A stretch of 64,000 bases of DNA from Gammaproteobacteria bacterium (GCA_013001575.1 JABDMI010000036.1:1577-65576), one strand, 5' to 3'. Shown: positions 9,210 to 19,792, counted from the stretch's first letter. The notes: generated by a model not told the origin, from the letters alone. A program made the numbers and translations.

Positions 9210-10556
9210 CTAGACCATTTTCAAAGATCGCATCGTGGTAGCGAAGTCTTTTTCTATCTCATCTGCAAACACATGTTGCTGCCCATTGACCACTTGTTTA
9301 CCACCGACATACACCTCTTTCACCAGGTCTCTTGCCCCACCAATAACGGCCGCGTCCAGCATGCGTTCAACCGGTAAACCGTTGAGCGGGGCTCGCTTTG
9401 TATCCAGCACCACGATGTCGGCAAAATGCCCGGTTTGCAGTTCGCCTACAGTAAATTGCACTGCTTTGGCTCCAGCCTTGGCAGTCATATCCCAGAGGCT
9501 GTGGCCGATACCCTGACTGGAAGCCAGACGTGAACGCTTGCGACTGATCAAGCGCTGGTTGTATTCCAGAAAACGCATTTCACCCAGCGCATCAATACGC
9601 GTGTTACTGTCGGTACCTAGCGCAAAACGGCCACCCGACTGGAAAAACTGGGCAGCGGGAAACACCCCGTCGCCCAAATACGCCTCGGTATACGGACACA
9701 AAACAACTTGCGCATGCGCGCGCGCCAGAAGATCCATCTCGCGACCATTAATGTGGGTCGCATGGATCAGATTCCATTGCGAGGTCAAGGGCACGCTATC
9801 GGCCAGTAATTGCACGGGTGAGGCGTGATGTGCGCTGAGACAATCTTGCACTTCTTTTTTTTGTTCGGCGATGTGGATGTGCACCGGGAAATTTTTACCC
9901 AAAATGGCTTCGGCGTAATGTAAGAGCTTGGGAATATTTTCAATCGGGACGGCGCGTAATGAATGCGGCGCAACCCCGGTTGCCACATGTTTATTGCAAT
10001 GTTCAAGCAATTTGCAGTATTGCGACAAGGATGCGATCACAAAACGGTAATGTTCGGGTTGTGCGGGCAAGGTAAAACCGCCGCGCATGTACAAGACCGG
10101 CAACAGGCGCAATCGGATCCCGGTGTCGCGAGCAGCCAGAATGATGGCATCCAACATCGCAAGGGTGGCAGTGCCCTCCTTATCGTGATGCAAATAATGA
10201 AATTCTGCCACCGAGGTAAAACCGGCTTGCAACATTTCCATAAAGGCCTGGCGTGCAATGCCGTATAGCTGTTTTTCATCGAGTTGATTGGCCAGGGCAT
10301 ACATGCTTTGCCGCCAACTCCAGAAATTCTCATCGCCTTTTTTGAAATTCGGGATCTCGCCATAGCCGATCAAGGCACGCTGGAAACTGTGACTGTGCGC
10401 ATTGGGAATGCCTGGCAGGGCCAGACCGGGTCGGCAAATTGCCGCATTGGCGTCCGCGATACGGCTAATACGGCCTTCATTTCCGATGGTTATGGTCTGG
10501 TTTTCACGCAATCCATCCGGAGTCAGCACATATTGAAAACTCAATGATTCGGGCAT
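9210..10556 (-). CDS. hutF: formimidoylglutamate deiminase
   Basis: 448 aa. Amidohydrolase motif PGIPNAHSHSFQRAL. Size and hut context match HutF. Confidence 0.85.
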   Translation of the reverse strand: MPESLSFQYVLTPDGLRENQTITIGNEGRISRIADANAAICRPGLALPGIPNAHSHSFQRALIGYGEIPNFKKGDENFWSWRQSMYALANQLDEKQLYGIARQAFMEMLQAGFTSVAEFHYLHHDKEGTATLAMLDAIILAARDTGIRLRLLPVLYMRGGFTLPAQPEHYRFVIASLSQYCKLLEHCNKHVATGVAPHSLRAVPIENIPKLLHYAEAILGKNFPVHIHIAEQKKEVQDCLSAHHASPVQLLADSVPLTSQWNLIHATHINGREMDLLARAHAQVVLCPYTEAYLGDGVFPAAQFFQSGGRFALGTDSNTRIDALGEMRFLEYNQRLISRKRSRLASSQGIGHSLWDMTAKAGAKAVQFTVGELQTGHFADIVVLDTKRAPLNGLPVERMLDAAVIGGARDLVKEVYVGGKQVVNGQQHVFADEIEKDFATTMRSLKMV

Positions 10557-10595
10557 ACGGCTTATCTTGTGTCCTATTCCTGTTAGCAGCTTATA

Positions 10596-11852
10596 ATGAC
10601 TTTTTTATTTACCTGGATCAACCGGCCTGTGAAGCAACATAGCGATCAACAAAGCGTGCATGATCTGGTTATCCATAATGCACGATTGTACCCGATGTCG
10701 GGGAATATTGAGTGTTCCGAGTGTGATCAGATTGCGATTGATAATGGCCTGATCAGTTCGATCAGCAAAAGTCAGTCAGAGGGTGTTTTAGCCGCCCGCA
10801 CAAGCATCGATGCACAACAGCGCGTATTATTACCGTCTTTTATCGATTGTCACACCCACATTGTGTACGCGGGAGATCGCAGCGCAGAACATAACCAGCG
10901 CTTACGCGGGGTGGATTATGCCGAGATTCACGCCAGTGGCGGTGGCATCTACGCCACAGTGAACGCGGTTCGCAAGGCCGATGAGGCTGAATTGATCCAG
11001 CAAAGCATGCAACGCATCCAAGCCTTACAAAGCGAAGGTGTGACCACGCTTGAGATCAAAAGTGGTTACGGTCTGGATACTGATAATGAATTAAAAATGC
11101 TGGGTGCGATCCGCACCCTCAAGCAAAACCTGCCGATGAATATCGTGAGCACTTTCCTAGGCGCCCACACCATTCCCAAAAACACCACCCAGAATGAATA
11201 TCTTGATTTGATCATTTCCGAGATGTTGCCGCTTATTGCCAAACACGATCTGGCCGACGCTGTAGACATGTATGTTGAGAACATCGCTTTTGATAACGCA
11301 GCCATGACACAGTTATTTAAAGCCGCCCAAGACCTCAAGCTGAATACCCGGGTGCACGCCGAACAATTGAGTCATATGCGCGCTGCCGAAACGGCGGCCT
11401 CGCTGGGCGCCTTGAGTGCGGACCATTTGGAGTATCTGGATAAAGGTGGAGCGCGGGTTATGGGCGAACACGGCTGTGTTGCCGTTTTGCTACCCAACGC
11501 CTTTTACTTTCTGCAAGAAACCCGCAAGCCACCCGTCGCCTCGTTACGCAAACATAAGGTATCGATTGCTGTAGCCAGTGACACCAATCCCGGCACTTCA
11601 CCCATTCCAAGTTTGTTAACCGCATTGCATTTTTCGGTGCATTTGTTCGGTCTTGATTGCCAGGAAGCCTTATTGGGAATCAGCTTGAATGCAGCAAAAG
11701 CCCTGGGCTTGCAACAAAAGCTTGGCAGCCTCGAAGTCGGCAAACAAGCAGACTTGGCTTTATGGGACATCCCAGGCCCGGAGTTTTTATGTTATCAACT
11801 GGGTGGTTTGGGTCCCGACCAGGTTTGGCACAAGGGAGTAATGTGCCGTTAG
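10596..11852 (+). CDS. hutI: imidazolonepropionase
   Basis: 418 aa. Contains SFIDCHTHIVYAGDR, IKSGYGL and ASDTNPG, which are typical HutI motifs. Confidence 0.9.
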   Translation: MTFLFTWINRPVKQHSDQQSVHDLVIHNARLYPMSGNIECSECDQIAIDNGLISSISKSQSEGVLAARTSIDAQQRVLLPSFIDCHTHIVYAGDRSAEHNQRLRGVDYAEIHASGGGIYATVNAVRKADEAELIQQSMQRIQALQSEGVTTLEIKSGYGLDTDNELKMLGAIRTLKQNLPMNIVSTFLGAHTIPKNTTQNEYLDLIISEMLPLIAKHDLADAVDMYVENIAFDNAAMTQLFKAAQDLKLNTRVHAEQLSHMRAAETAASLGALSADHLEYLDKGGARVMGEHGCVAVLLPNAFYFLQETRKPPVASLRKHKVSIAVASDTNPGTSPIPSLLTALHFSVHLFGLDCQEALLGISLNAAKALGLQQKLGSLEVGKQADLALWDIPGPEFLCYQLGGLGPDQVWHKGVMCR

Positions 11853-11902
11853 TACTTAGAATTTGAATTTAAATTTTTTAGACTGATCATTGAGAATACA
11901 AC

Positions 11903-13426
11903 ATGAGTAATATCATTACACTGACTGGCAATGACCTCAAGCTGGAACACATCCATGCGTGTTTTGCAGGACCAGTAAAGGCCCAACTGTGTGATAGCGC
12001 CAAAACCCGAATGCAACAAAGTGTTGATACAGTTGTTCGTGTCGTTACCGATAATAAAACCTGTTATGGCATCAACACCGGCTTTGGCGCATTCGCGAAA
12101 CAGAGTATTTCATCAAAACAAGTGCAACAACTACAGTTAAACCTGGTGCGCAGTCACGCCTGTGGTGTGGGCAATGAACTGGAACCCGGACTGGTGCGCG
12201 CAATAATGTTATTAAAAGCCAATAGTCTGGCACAAGGGGTGTCCGGGATCCGCCCACAAGTGCTTGAAACCTTATTGGCCTTGCTTAATAAGGATGTGAT
12301 TCCACGAATTCCCGCTCAAGGTTCGGTTGGCGCCTCGGGTGATCTTGCACCACTCGCACATCTTGCCTTGTGTTTGATCGGCGAAGGCAAGGCGCAACAT
12401 GCCGGGCAAACTTTGCAGGCTGAAAAAGTTTTGCATGCGGTCGGATGCAAGCCTGAAGTTTTACAAGCCAAGGAAGGACTGGCTTTACTCAACGGAACCC
12501 AGGTCAGTGCCGCCTTAGCAATGCAAGCGGCCAGACAAACCCGTGTATTACTCAAAACCTCGATCCTGGCGGGAGCCTTATCGGTGGAAGCCTTGTGCGG
12601 AAGTTATGCTCCTTTTGATGCGCGCATTCATCAGGTCAGAAACCTCGACACCCAGGCGCGCATTGCCGCGGCTTTTCGGAGTCTGTTAAGTGGCAGCAGC
12701 GTGAACCAGAGTCACACCGCCTGTGACCGGGTACAAGATCCTTACGCCCTGCGTTGCATGCCGCAAGTTTATGGTGCGGTTTTGGCCACACTCGAACACG
12801 CCGAAGAAATTCTGCAAAAGGAATGCAACTCTGTGTCGGACAATCCCTTGATCTTTGACGACGAGGTCTTATCAGGCGGTAATTTTCATGCGGCTCCATT
12901 GGGCTTTGTGAGTGATTTTCTGGCCATCGCATTGACTGAATTGGGAAATATGTCAGAACGCCGCACAGATTGTTTGTTGCGGCAGGTCAATCCGGCCTTG
13001 AATATGTTTTTAACCAGCTCGCCCGGGCTTGAGTCCGGATTAATGATGGCGCATGTCACCGCCGCCGCATTGGCGTCGGAAAACAAAACATTGGCGCACC
13101 CGGCTTCTGTGGACACCATTCCGACCTCGGCAGGCCAGGAAGACCATGTCAGTATGGCACCCTGGGCTGGACGTAAGTGTCTGAATATTTGTGAGAATGT
13201 TGTTAATATTCTGGCCATTGAGCTACTATGCGCCAGCCGTGGCTTGCACGCGCTGCTACCGCTGGAAACCACAGTCGAATTAAAACCCCTGCTTGCTACA
13301 ATTCAGTTATTGAGTGAAGACAGCTTGCAGGATCAGCCATTTGCTACTTGTATTCAGGCCCTGTCTAATGCGATTATGTCGCAAGCATTAATTACAAATA
13401 TAATTATCCAGGGTCGCAAGGCCTAA
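11903..13426 (+). CDS. hutH: histidine ammonia-lyase
   Basis: 507 aa. Has the MIO-forming GSVGASGDLAPLAHL motif. Confidence 0.95.
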   Translation: MSNIITLTGNDLKLEHIHACFAGPVKAQLCDSAKTRMQQSVDTVVRVVTDNKTCYGINTGFGAFAKQSISSKQVQQLQLNLVRSHACGVGNELEPGLVRAIMLLKANSLAQGVSGIRPQVLETLLALLNKDVIPRIPAQGSVGASGDLAPLAHLALCLIGEGKAQHAGQTLQAEKVLHAVGCKPEVLQAKEGLALLNGTQVSAALAMQAARQTRVLLKTSILAGALSVEALCGSYAPFDARIHQVRNLDTQARIAAAFRSLLSGSSVNQSHTACDRVQDPYALRCMPQVYGAVLATLEHAEEILQKECNSVSDNPLIFDDEVLSGGNFHAAPLGFVSDFLAIALTELGNMSERRTDCLLRQVNPALNMFLTSSPGLESGLMMAHVTAAALASENKTLAHPASVDTIPTSAGQEDHVSMAPWAGRKCLNICENVVNILAIELLCASRGLHALLPLETTVELKPLLATIQLLSEDSLQDQPFATCIQALSNAIMSQALITNIIIQGRKA

Positions 13427-13437
13427 AGGTTTAAATT

Positions 13438-14370
13438 ATGAGTGATCTGAGCCAAGAATTATTTCGACAGGTAATCGACCATTTTGATACCGGAATTATA
13501 GTGACCGAGAATCACACCTCGGACTGGTCGGTCTGTTATGTGAATTCGACCTTCACCGAAATGACCGGATACACCGAAGAAGATGTGCTGGGAAAAAACC
13601 CACGATTTCTACAGAATGACGACGAACAACAAGCCGCATTGTACGACTTGCATACCGCCTTGAATCAAAACACTTCTTGCACCGTGACCTTGCGAAATTA
13701 CACCAAAGACGGTGATGCTTTCTGGAATCGATTGACCATCCGACCATTATTGTCCAAAGAAGGCATCATCACGCACTATGTCGGCAGCATGAAAAACCTG
13801 GGCAAGATCACCAGCGATGAACTCGAAAGAGCTCGGCGTAAAGCCAACCATGTAACGGCCTTCCGTGACCAGCAAACCGGTTTATTCAATCAGGAATATT
13901 TTGAATCGCATTTTGTGCGTGACTGGCACTTGTGGTTGCGCGAGAAAAAAGACATCACATTGGTTATGTTCACCCCGGACCATTTCGAGATCTACAAAAA
14001 AACCTTTGGATTAGCCGCGGCTGAGTCAGCCTTGCGTAAGATCGCCTATCTGATCAATACCAATTTGCAACGTGCCAGTGATACCGTTGCCCGCTATAAA
14101 GAAAACAGTATTGTTGCTTTGATGCAAGGTGACTTCACCGAAGATAAACGCTATTTTCTAGACCAGATTGCCGACAAGATCCATGATCTGTGTGTCCATC
14201 ACCCGCATTCACCGGATGAACAGTATCTCACTGTGAGTTTGACCGCCGTTTCGGCCCAGCCGGACCATGATAAAAACCCGGGTGAGCTACTTAATAAACT
14301 GGTCACGCTGCACAACTCTCAAGACGTAAACAGCAACGCCCGTCAATTTTATGAGTACACCCCGCAGTAA
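13438..14370 (+). CDS. LOV-type PAS domain (Cys-less) fused to a degenerate GGDEF domain with a retained I-site
   Basis: 310 aa. GKNPRFLQ…NYTKDGDAFWN is the LOV signature with Cys replaced by Pro (CCA, 13600-13602). The C-terminal part aligns to GGDEF, with RASD-TVAR-Y-KENSI in place of RxxD-x4-Y-GGDEF. Confidence 0.8.
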   Translation: MSDLSQELFRQVIDHFDTGIIVTENHTSDWSVCYVNSTFTEMTGYTEEDVLGKNPRFLQNDDEQQAALYDLHTALNQNTSCTVTLRNYTKDGDAFWNRLTIRPLLSKEGIITHYVGSMKNLGKITSDELERARRKANHVTAFRDQQTGLFNQEYFESHFVRDWHLWLREKKDITLVMFTPDHFEIYKKTFGLAAAESALRKIAYLINTNLQRASDTVARYKENSIVALMQGDFTEDKRYFLDQIADKIHDLCVHHPHSPDEQYLTVSLTAVSAQPDHDKNPGELLNKLVTLHNSQDVNSNARQFYEYTPQ

Positions 14371-14403
14371 TTAATTTGCGGTTTATCAAATAAAGGGAAA
14401 ATT

Positions 14404-14859
14404 GTGTCAACGGCCATTCATAAAAAAGTCGCCGCGTGTAAAGCCGGAACCAATCCACAACTCATCACCCGTATGCCATCGGGCTGGTTAATTCTGGGCG
14501 ATGTGCAGTTCTTACACGGCTATTGTTTGCTAATGCCAGACCCGGTCGTACCGGATCTGAATGCGATGTCGTTGAAAAAGCGTAACGAATTTTTGCAAGA
14601 CATGAGTCTGGTCGGAGATGCCTTACTTGATGTCACCGCTGCAATACGAATCAATTACGAGATCCTTGGTAATCTGGAACCAGCATTGCATGGCCATATT
14701 TTCCCGCGATTCTCGGATGAAGACCCCGAACTAAAAACCAAACCCGTATGGTTCTATGATTGGGAAAATGCCAGAGCATTTGATGCAGATACGGACCAGG
14801 AAATAATGTTGAAAATTCGTAACCACCTGGAACAACATGGCCTTACTGAAAGTCAATGA
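14404..14859 (+). CDS. HIT-like (histidine-triad-fold) protein, putative
   Basis: 151 aa with a GTG start. ALHGHIFPR aligns to the HxHxHxx triad with the first His replaced by Ala. The assignment is by eye only. Confidence 0.45.
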   Translation: MSTAIHKKVAACKAGTNPQLITRMPSGWLILGDVQFLHGYCLLMPDPVVPDLNAMSLKKRNEFLQDMSLVGDALLDVTAAIRINYEILGNLEPALHGHIFPRFSDEDPELKTKPVWFYDWENARAFDADTDQEIMLKIRNHLEQHGLTESQ

Positions 14860-15464
14860 ATACTGTTTATCCGCCCAAATATCACCTGGAAACGGATGAG
14901 GAAAAGATTTTTCATGTGATCGAGCGCTTCCCCTTGGCGATCCTGATCTCCAGCAGCAACGATGAAATACAAACCACCCAAATTCCTCTTGTTCTTGACC
15001 GGGGATCGAAAACCCTTCTGGGGCACATAGATAAAAACAACCCACATGGCAAACTTCTCGATAACAGAAAAGTCTCGCTTGTGTTCAATGGGCCAAATGC
15101 CTACATTTCACCAACCACATATGCTGTAAGTGAATTACCCACCTGGAATTATATCAGTGTGCACGCAAGCGGAACTGTGACAACCATTCACGACTTCGAT
15201 AAAGTCAGTGATTCAATAATTGCCATGGCAGAATTTCTTGAAACAGAAGATAGTAATTATCAACTTGCTAAAGGTGACGAAAAGTTGAAAGCCCTGGTTC
15301 CCTATGTGACCGGATTTGAAATTGAAATTGATGAGATGATCGGCCGTTATAAATTGTCGCAGGATAAGTCCGCACAGGATACCGGTCTCGCCAGACAACA
15401 TCTGATTAACGCCAACAAACACGACCACACGGCCTTGCTTGATTATCTACTGGATACCCAATGA
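14856..15464 (+). CDS. paiB: FMN-binding negative transcriptional regulator PaiB family
   Basis: 202 aa. Contains LLGHIDKNNPH…FNGPNAYISP…PTWNYISVHASG, typical of PaiB. There is a 4-nt ATGA overlap with the upstream gene. Confidence 0.8.
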   Translation: MNTVYPPKYHLETDEEKIFHVIERFPLAILISSSNDEIQTTQIPLVLDRGSKTLLGHIDKNNPHGKLLDNRKVSLVFNGPNAYISPTTYAVSELPTWNYISVHASGTVTTIHDFDKVSDSIIAMAEFLETEDSNYQLAKGDEKLKALVPYVTGFEIEIDEMIGRYKLSQDKSAQDTGLARQHLINANKHDHTALLDYLLDTQ

Positions 15465-15943
15465 CAATAGACATACTGGTTGCCGACTACTCCAATCCAC
15501 AACACGCCAAAGATGTGGGGTTTTTATTGAATGAATACGCCAAGGACCCTATGGGTGCGGGCAAACCACTGGATACTGGCATCCAGGAAAAAGTCGCCAG
15601 CGAACTCGCCAAACAAGCCGGCGCATTCAGCGTGCTCGCTTATGTCGATGGCAAACCCGCTGCCTTAACCAACTGTTTGCAAAGTTTCTCAACATTCAAA
15701 TGCAAACCCCTGATCAACATTCATGACCTGGCTGTGGTCAAAGAATTTCGCGGCATGGGACTCAGTACCCGTATGTTGGAGAAAGTTGAAGAAGTTGCCA
15801 GAGAGCGTGATTGCTGCAAACTGACCCTGGAAGTGCTGGGTAAAAACATTCCTGCCAAGAAGTCATATCAAAAATTTGGTTTTAAGGCTTATGAGCTGGA
15901 TCCGATAGCGGGTGTGGCTGAATTTTTGGAAAAAGAGCTTTAA
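15461..15943 (+). CDS. GNAT-family N-acetyltransferase
   Basis: 160 aa. Acetyl-CoA motif A (VKEFRGMGLSTRML) and C-terminal KSYQKFGF. There is a 4-nt overlap with paiB. Confidence 0.85.
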   Translation: MTIDILVADYSNPQHAKDVGFLLNEYAKDPMGAGKPLDTGIQEKVASELAKQAGAFSVLAYVDGKPAALTNCLQSFSTFKCKPLINIHDLAVVKEFRGMGLSTRMLEKVEEVARERDCCKLTLEVLGKNIPAKKSYQKFGFKAYELDPIAGVAEFLEKEL

Positions 15944-16039
15944 CAGCTTAAATAAAGCTATAAATATGTGTTTTTAGAGTCAAATTGTGGCATAGTGCGC
16001 ACCCTCAAACTGTCGCAATCGCTCAATTAAGGCTTAATC

Positions 16040-17629
16040 GTGTTAACAACTTCCAATATCACCATGCAATTTGGTGAAAAACCCCTGTTTGAAAATGTTT
16101 CGGTCAAATTTGGCACCGGCAATCGCTATGGACTGATCGGCGCGAATGGTTGTGGGAAATCGACCTTCATGAAAATTCTCGGTGGTGAGTTGGAACCCAC
16201 TTCCGGCAATGTATCCAAAGACCCACATGAACGAATAGCCACTTTGAAACAGGACCAGTTTGCCTATGAAGAATACAGTGTTCTGGATACGGTCATTATG
16301 GGGCACAACGAACTCTGGGCAGTGAAATCAGAACGCGATGCGATCTATGACAACCCGAACATGACCGAAGCAGATGGCATGCGAGCGGCCGATCTGGAAA
16401 CCCAGTTTGCAGAAATGGACGGCTACACAGCTGAAGCCCGCGCAGGCGAATTACTACTAGCCGTAGGCATACCTGAAGAGCAACATTTTGGCCCGATGAG
16501 TGAAGTGGCCCCAGGCTGGAAATTGCGTGTACTGTTGACTCAAGTTCTATTTTCCGAGCCTGACATCATGTTGCTGGATGAACCGACCAACAACCTGGAT
16601 ATCAATGCCATTCGTTGGCTAGAAGGTGTTTTGAAAGAGCGTAGTTGCACCATGGTCATTATTTCGCATGACCGTCACTTTCTAAACAGTGTGTGCACTC
16701 ACATGGCTGATCTGGATTATGGCTCGATCAGCTTATATCCTGGGAACTATGATGAGTACATGACTGCCTCCACTCAGGCGCGTGAGCAAATGCAGGCCGA
16801 TAACGCGAAAAAGAAAGCCCAAATTGCCGAGCTCAAGGCCTTTGTGAGTCGCTTTTCGGCCAATGCCTCCAAATCCAAACAAGCCACCTCACGCGCCAAA
16901 CAGATCGACAAAATCAAACTGGCCGATATCAAACCGTCGAGCCGAAGAAATCCCTATATCCGCTTTGAGCAAGAGAAAAAACTCTATCGCATGGCTTTGG
17001 AAGTTGAAGGCCTGGCAAAAAGTTTTGAAGAAAACCTGTTTAAGAATCTCGACTTATCCATCGAAGTCGGAGAACGGGTTGCGATCATCGGAGAGAATGG
17101 CATTGGTAAAACCACCCTGATGCGCTGTTTGTTTGGTGACCTGGATGCCAATTCGGGCGAGATCAAATGGTCCGAGAATGCCAATATCGGTTACTACGCC
17201 CAGGACCATGCGCATGAATTTGAACACAACAAAATTGTATTTGACTGGATGGACGCATTTGGAAAACCTGAAGACGATGAACAAAGTATCCGATCGGTAT
17301 TGGGTAGACTGCTGTTTTCACAAGACGATATCAGTAAAAATGTGAAAGTACTTTCGGGTGGTGAACAAGGCCGCATGATCTTTGGTAAATTAATGCTGCA
17401 AACCCCTAATATCCTGTTACTCGATGAACCAACCAATCACCTCGACATGGAATCGATCGAGTCCTTGAACCTGGCCTTGGAAAATTACGAGGGCACCCTG
17501 CTCTTCATCAGCCATGACCGAGAATTTGTCTCCTCGATCGCGACGCGAATAATAGAACTGACCCCAACCGGCATCAATGATTATCACGGAACTTACGAAG
17601 AGTATTTAGCCAAACAAGGGCTAAATTAA
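16040..17629 (+). CDS. ybiT: ABC-F family ATPase (YbiT-like)
   Basis: 529 aa, two ABC cassettes (GANGCGKST and GENGIGKTT; LSGGE ×2) and no TM domain. The N-terminus closely matches E. coli YbiT as I recall it. Confidence 0.9.
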   Translation: MLTTSNITMQFGEKPLFENVSVKFGTGNRYGLIGANGCGKSTFMKILGGELEPTSGNVSKDPHERIATLKQDQFAYEEYSVLDTVIMGHNELWAVKSERDAIYDNPNMTEADGMRAADLETQFAEMDGYTAEARAGELLLAVGIPEEQHFGPMSEVAPGWKLRVLLTQVLFSEPDIMLLDEPTNNLDINAIRWLEGVLKERSCTMVIISHDRHFLNSVCTHMADLDYGSISLYPGNYDEYMTASTQAREQMQADNAKKKAQIAELKAFVSRFSANASKSKQATSRAKQIDKIKLADIKPSSRRNPYIRFEQEKKLYRMALEVEGLAKSFEENLFKNLDLSIEVGERVAIIGENGIGKTTLMRCLFGDLDANSGEIKWSENANIGYYAQDHAHEFEHNKIVFDWMDAFGKPEDDEQSIRSVLGRLLFSQDDISKNVKVLSGGEQGRMIFGKLMLQTPNILLLDEPTNHLDMESIESLNLALENYEGTLLFISHDREFVSSIATRIIELTPTGINDYHGTYEEYLAKQGLN

Positions 17630-19626
17630 AGATCAACTATTTCAAACACGTCTTCATCGACTAAATTGGGGACCGTTACTTTTAACTCAGGTGTCCGTGC
17701 CATTTCTCTATTCAGGGCAAACATCGCTTCTTTATTTCTTGCCCAGCTACGCCTGGCAATGCCATTATTGACATCGTAAAACAACATAGCCTTGAGGCGT
17801 TTAGCGGCTTTTTTGCTGCCATCCAGTAACATCCCGAAGCCGCCATTTATCACTTCACCCCAGCCTACACCGCCGCCGTTGTGGATAGACACCCAGGTCG
17901 CACCCCGGAAACTGTCACCGATGGCATTATGGATGGCCATATCGGCGGTGAATTGACTGCCATCATAAATATTGGAGGTCTCGCGAAACGGTGAATCGGT
18001 TCCACTCACATCGTGATGATCGCGTCCGAGAACCACTGGACCGATCTCGCCAGCTTTAACGGCGTCATTAAAGGCTTTGGCGATCTTGATACGCCCTTCT
18101 GCATCTGCATAAAGTATTCTCGCCTGTGACCCAACAACCAGTTTGTTCTTTTTCGCATCCGCGATCCAGCTAATATTGTCTTGCATTTGTAACTGGATCT
18201 CGGGTGGCGCGTCTTGCATGATCTCTTTAAGTACCTGCATGGCGATGTCATCCGTCTTATCCAGATCTTGCGGTTTTCCCGACGTACACACCCAGCGGAA
18301 AGGGCCAAAACCGTAATCAAAACACATCGGACCCAGAATATCTTGCACATAAGACGAGTATTTAAAATCGATATTATTGTCGGCCATCACATCCCCACCG
18401 GCGCGTGAGGCCTCAAGTAAAAAGGCATTGCCGTAATCGAAAAAGTAGGTGCCTTTCGCCGCATGCCTGTTGATGGCATTTGCCTGACGGCGTAAGGATT
18501 CCTGGACTTTTTGTTTAAACTCTTCCGGCTGTTCACGGATCAATCGATTCGATTCCGCATAAGTCACATCCACCGGATAATATCCCCCCGACCAGGGGTT
18601 GTGCAATGAAGTTTGATCTGAACCAACGTGCACGAATATATTTTCACGATCAAAGTCTTCCCAGACGTCCACGATGTTTCCGATGTAGGCAATGGAAACC
18701 ACTTCTTTATTGTCTTGGGCCTGTTTTACACGAAGGATCAAGTCATCCATATCATCAATGAGCACATCGACCCAGCCCTGGGCATGACGTTTTTTTGCAG
18801 CGTCCGGGTTAATTTCAGCACATACCGTAATACATCCGGCAATATTCCCGGCTTTGGGTTGTGCCCCGCTCATGCCACCGAGACCCGAGGTTAAGAATAT
18901 TTTTCCGGCAGAGGTATCGTCTTTATTTAATATTTTACGAAACGCATTCATCACGGTAATGGTCGTGCCGTGCACAATGCCTTGTGGCCCGATGTACATG
19001 TAGGAACCGGCGGTCATTTGCCCGTATTGGGTAACCCCCAAAGCATTATATTTTTCCCAATCGTCCGGACTGGAATAGTTCGGTATCATCATGCCATTGG
19101 TCACGACCACACGCGGAGCATTCTTTGAGGACGGAAACAGTCCCATCGGATGACCGGAATACATGTGCAAAGTCTGTTTGCTGGTCATGCTGGCCAGATA
19201 CTGCATGCTGAGCAGATACTGTGCCCAGTTCTGGAATACCGCACCGTTTCCGCCATAAGTAATCAATTCTTCCGGGTGTTGGGCCACGGCCGGATCCAGA
19301 TTGTTCTGGATCATTAACATGATCGCAGCAGCCTGTTGGCATTTGGCGGGATATTGATCTATTGGACGTGCATACATCTTGTATTGCGGTTTAAACCGGT
19401 ACATGTATATGCGACCGTAGTTTTTCAATTCATGCGTAAACTCGAGAGCAAGTTCTTGATGCCAGTCTTGTGGGAAATAACGCAGGGCATTACGAATGGC
19501 GAGCTTTTTTTCTTCGAGAGTAAGAATGTCTTTGCGCTTGGGTGCGTGGTTCACGCTTGATGTATATTCTCTTTTCGGAGGAAGTTCGGTAGGGATGCCC
19601 TGGAGTATTTGGGATTGAAAAGTCAT
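17626..19626 (-). CDS. hutU: urocanate hydratase, long (666-aa) form
   Basis: Urocanase throughout (ALRYFP…, [23 protein letters not shown]). It is about 100 aa longer than the ~557-aa forms I know from E. coli-like or Pseudomonas genomes. Its stop overlaps the ybiT stop (TTAA). Confidence 0.95.
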   Translation of the reverse strand: MTFQSQILQGIPTELPPKREYTSSVNHAPKRKDILTLEEKKLAIRNALRYFPQDWHQELALEFTHELKNYGRIYMYRFKPQYKMYARPIDQYPAKCQQAAAIMLMIQNNLDPAVAQHPEELITYGGNGAVFQNWAQYLLSMQYLASMTSKQTLHMYSGHPMGLFPSSKNAPRVVVTNGMMIPNYSSPDDWEKYNALGVTQYGQMTAGSYMYIGPQGIVHGTTITVMNAFRKILNKDDTSAGKIFLTSGLGGMSGAQPKAGNIAGCITVCAEINPDAAKKRHAQGWVDVLIDDMDDLILRVKQAQDNKEVVSIAYIGNIVDVWEDFDRENIFVHVGSDQTSLHNPWSGGYYPVDVTYAESNRLIREQPEEFKQKVQESLRRQANAINRHAAKGTYFFDYGNAFLLEASRAGGDVMADNNIDFKYSSYVQDILGPMCFDYGFGPFRWVCTSGKPQDLDKTDDIAMQVLKEIMQDAPPEIQLQMQDNISWIADAKKNKLVVGSQARILYADAEGRIKIAKAFNDAVKAGEIGPVVLGRDHHDVSGTDSPFRETSNIYDGSQFTADMAIHNAIGDSFRGATWVSIHNGGGVGWGEVINGGFGMLLDGSKKAAKRLKAMLFYDVNNGIARRSWARNKEAMFALNREMARTPELKVTVPNLVDEDVFEIVDL

Positions 19627-19756
19627 GTTTTGACGTTTATTCGTTTAATTTAAAAACATACTTTACCGCGGCTTGACCACGGTATCTACATTTTTAAGGG
19701 TTCCGGCGCTCAAGCCGCTGGAAAGTAAGTTAATAATCAATGTCTGCTTTTGTAGC

Positions 19757-19779
19757 CATCCTGAAATAAACTCAGGATG
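19757..19779 (-). terminator. perfect 8-bp hairpin downstream of purL (possible terminator, no clear U-tract)
   Basis: catcctga (19757-19764) / tcaggatg (19772-19779) with a 7-nt loop, 14 nt past the purL stop. No T-run follows on either strand. Confidence 0.35.
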
Positions 19780-19792
19780 TGAAAAATTCTTA

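Noticed and set aside
13438-13790. Blue-light photoreceptor (functional LOV) call
   Set aside because: The adduct-forming Cys is Pro and the relay Gln is Met. The domain is LOV-derived, but a canonical photocycle cannot be claimed.
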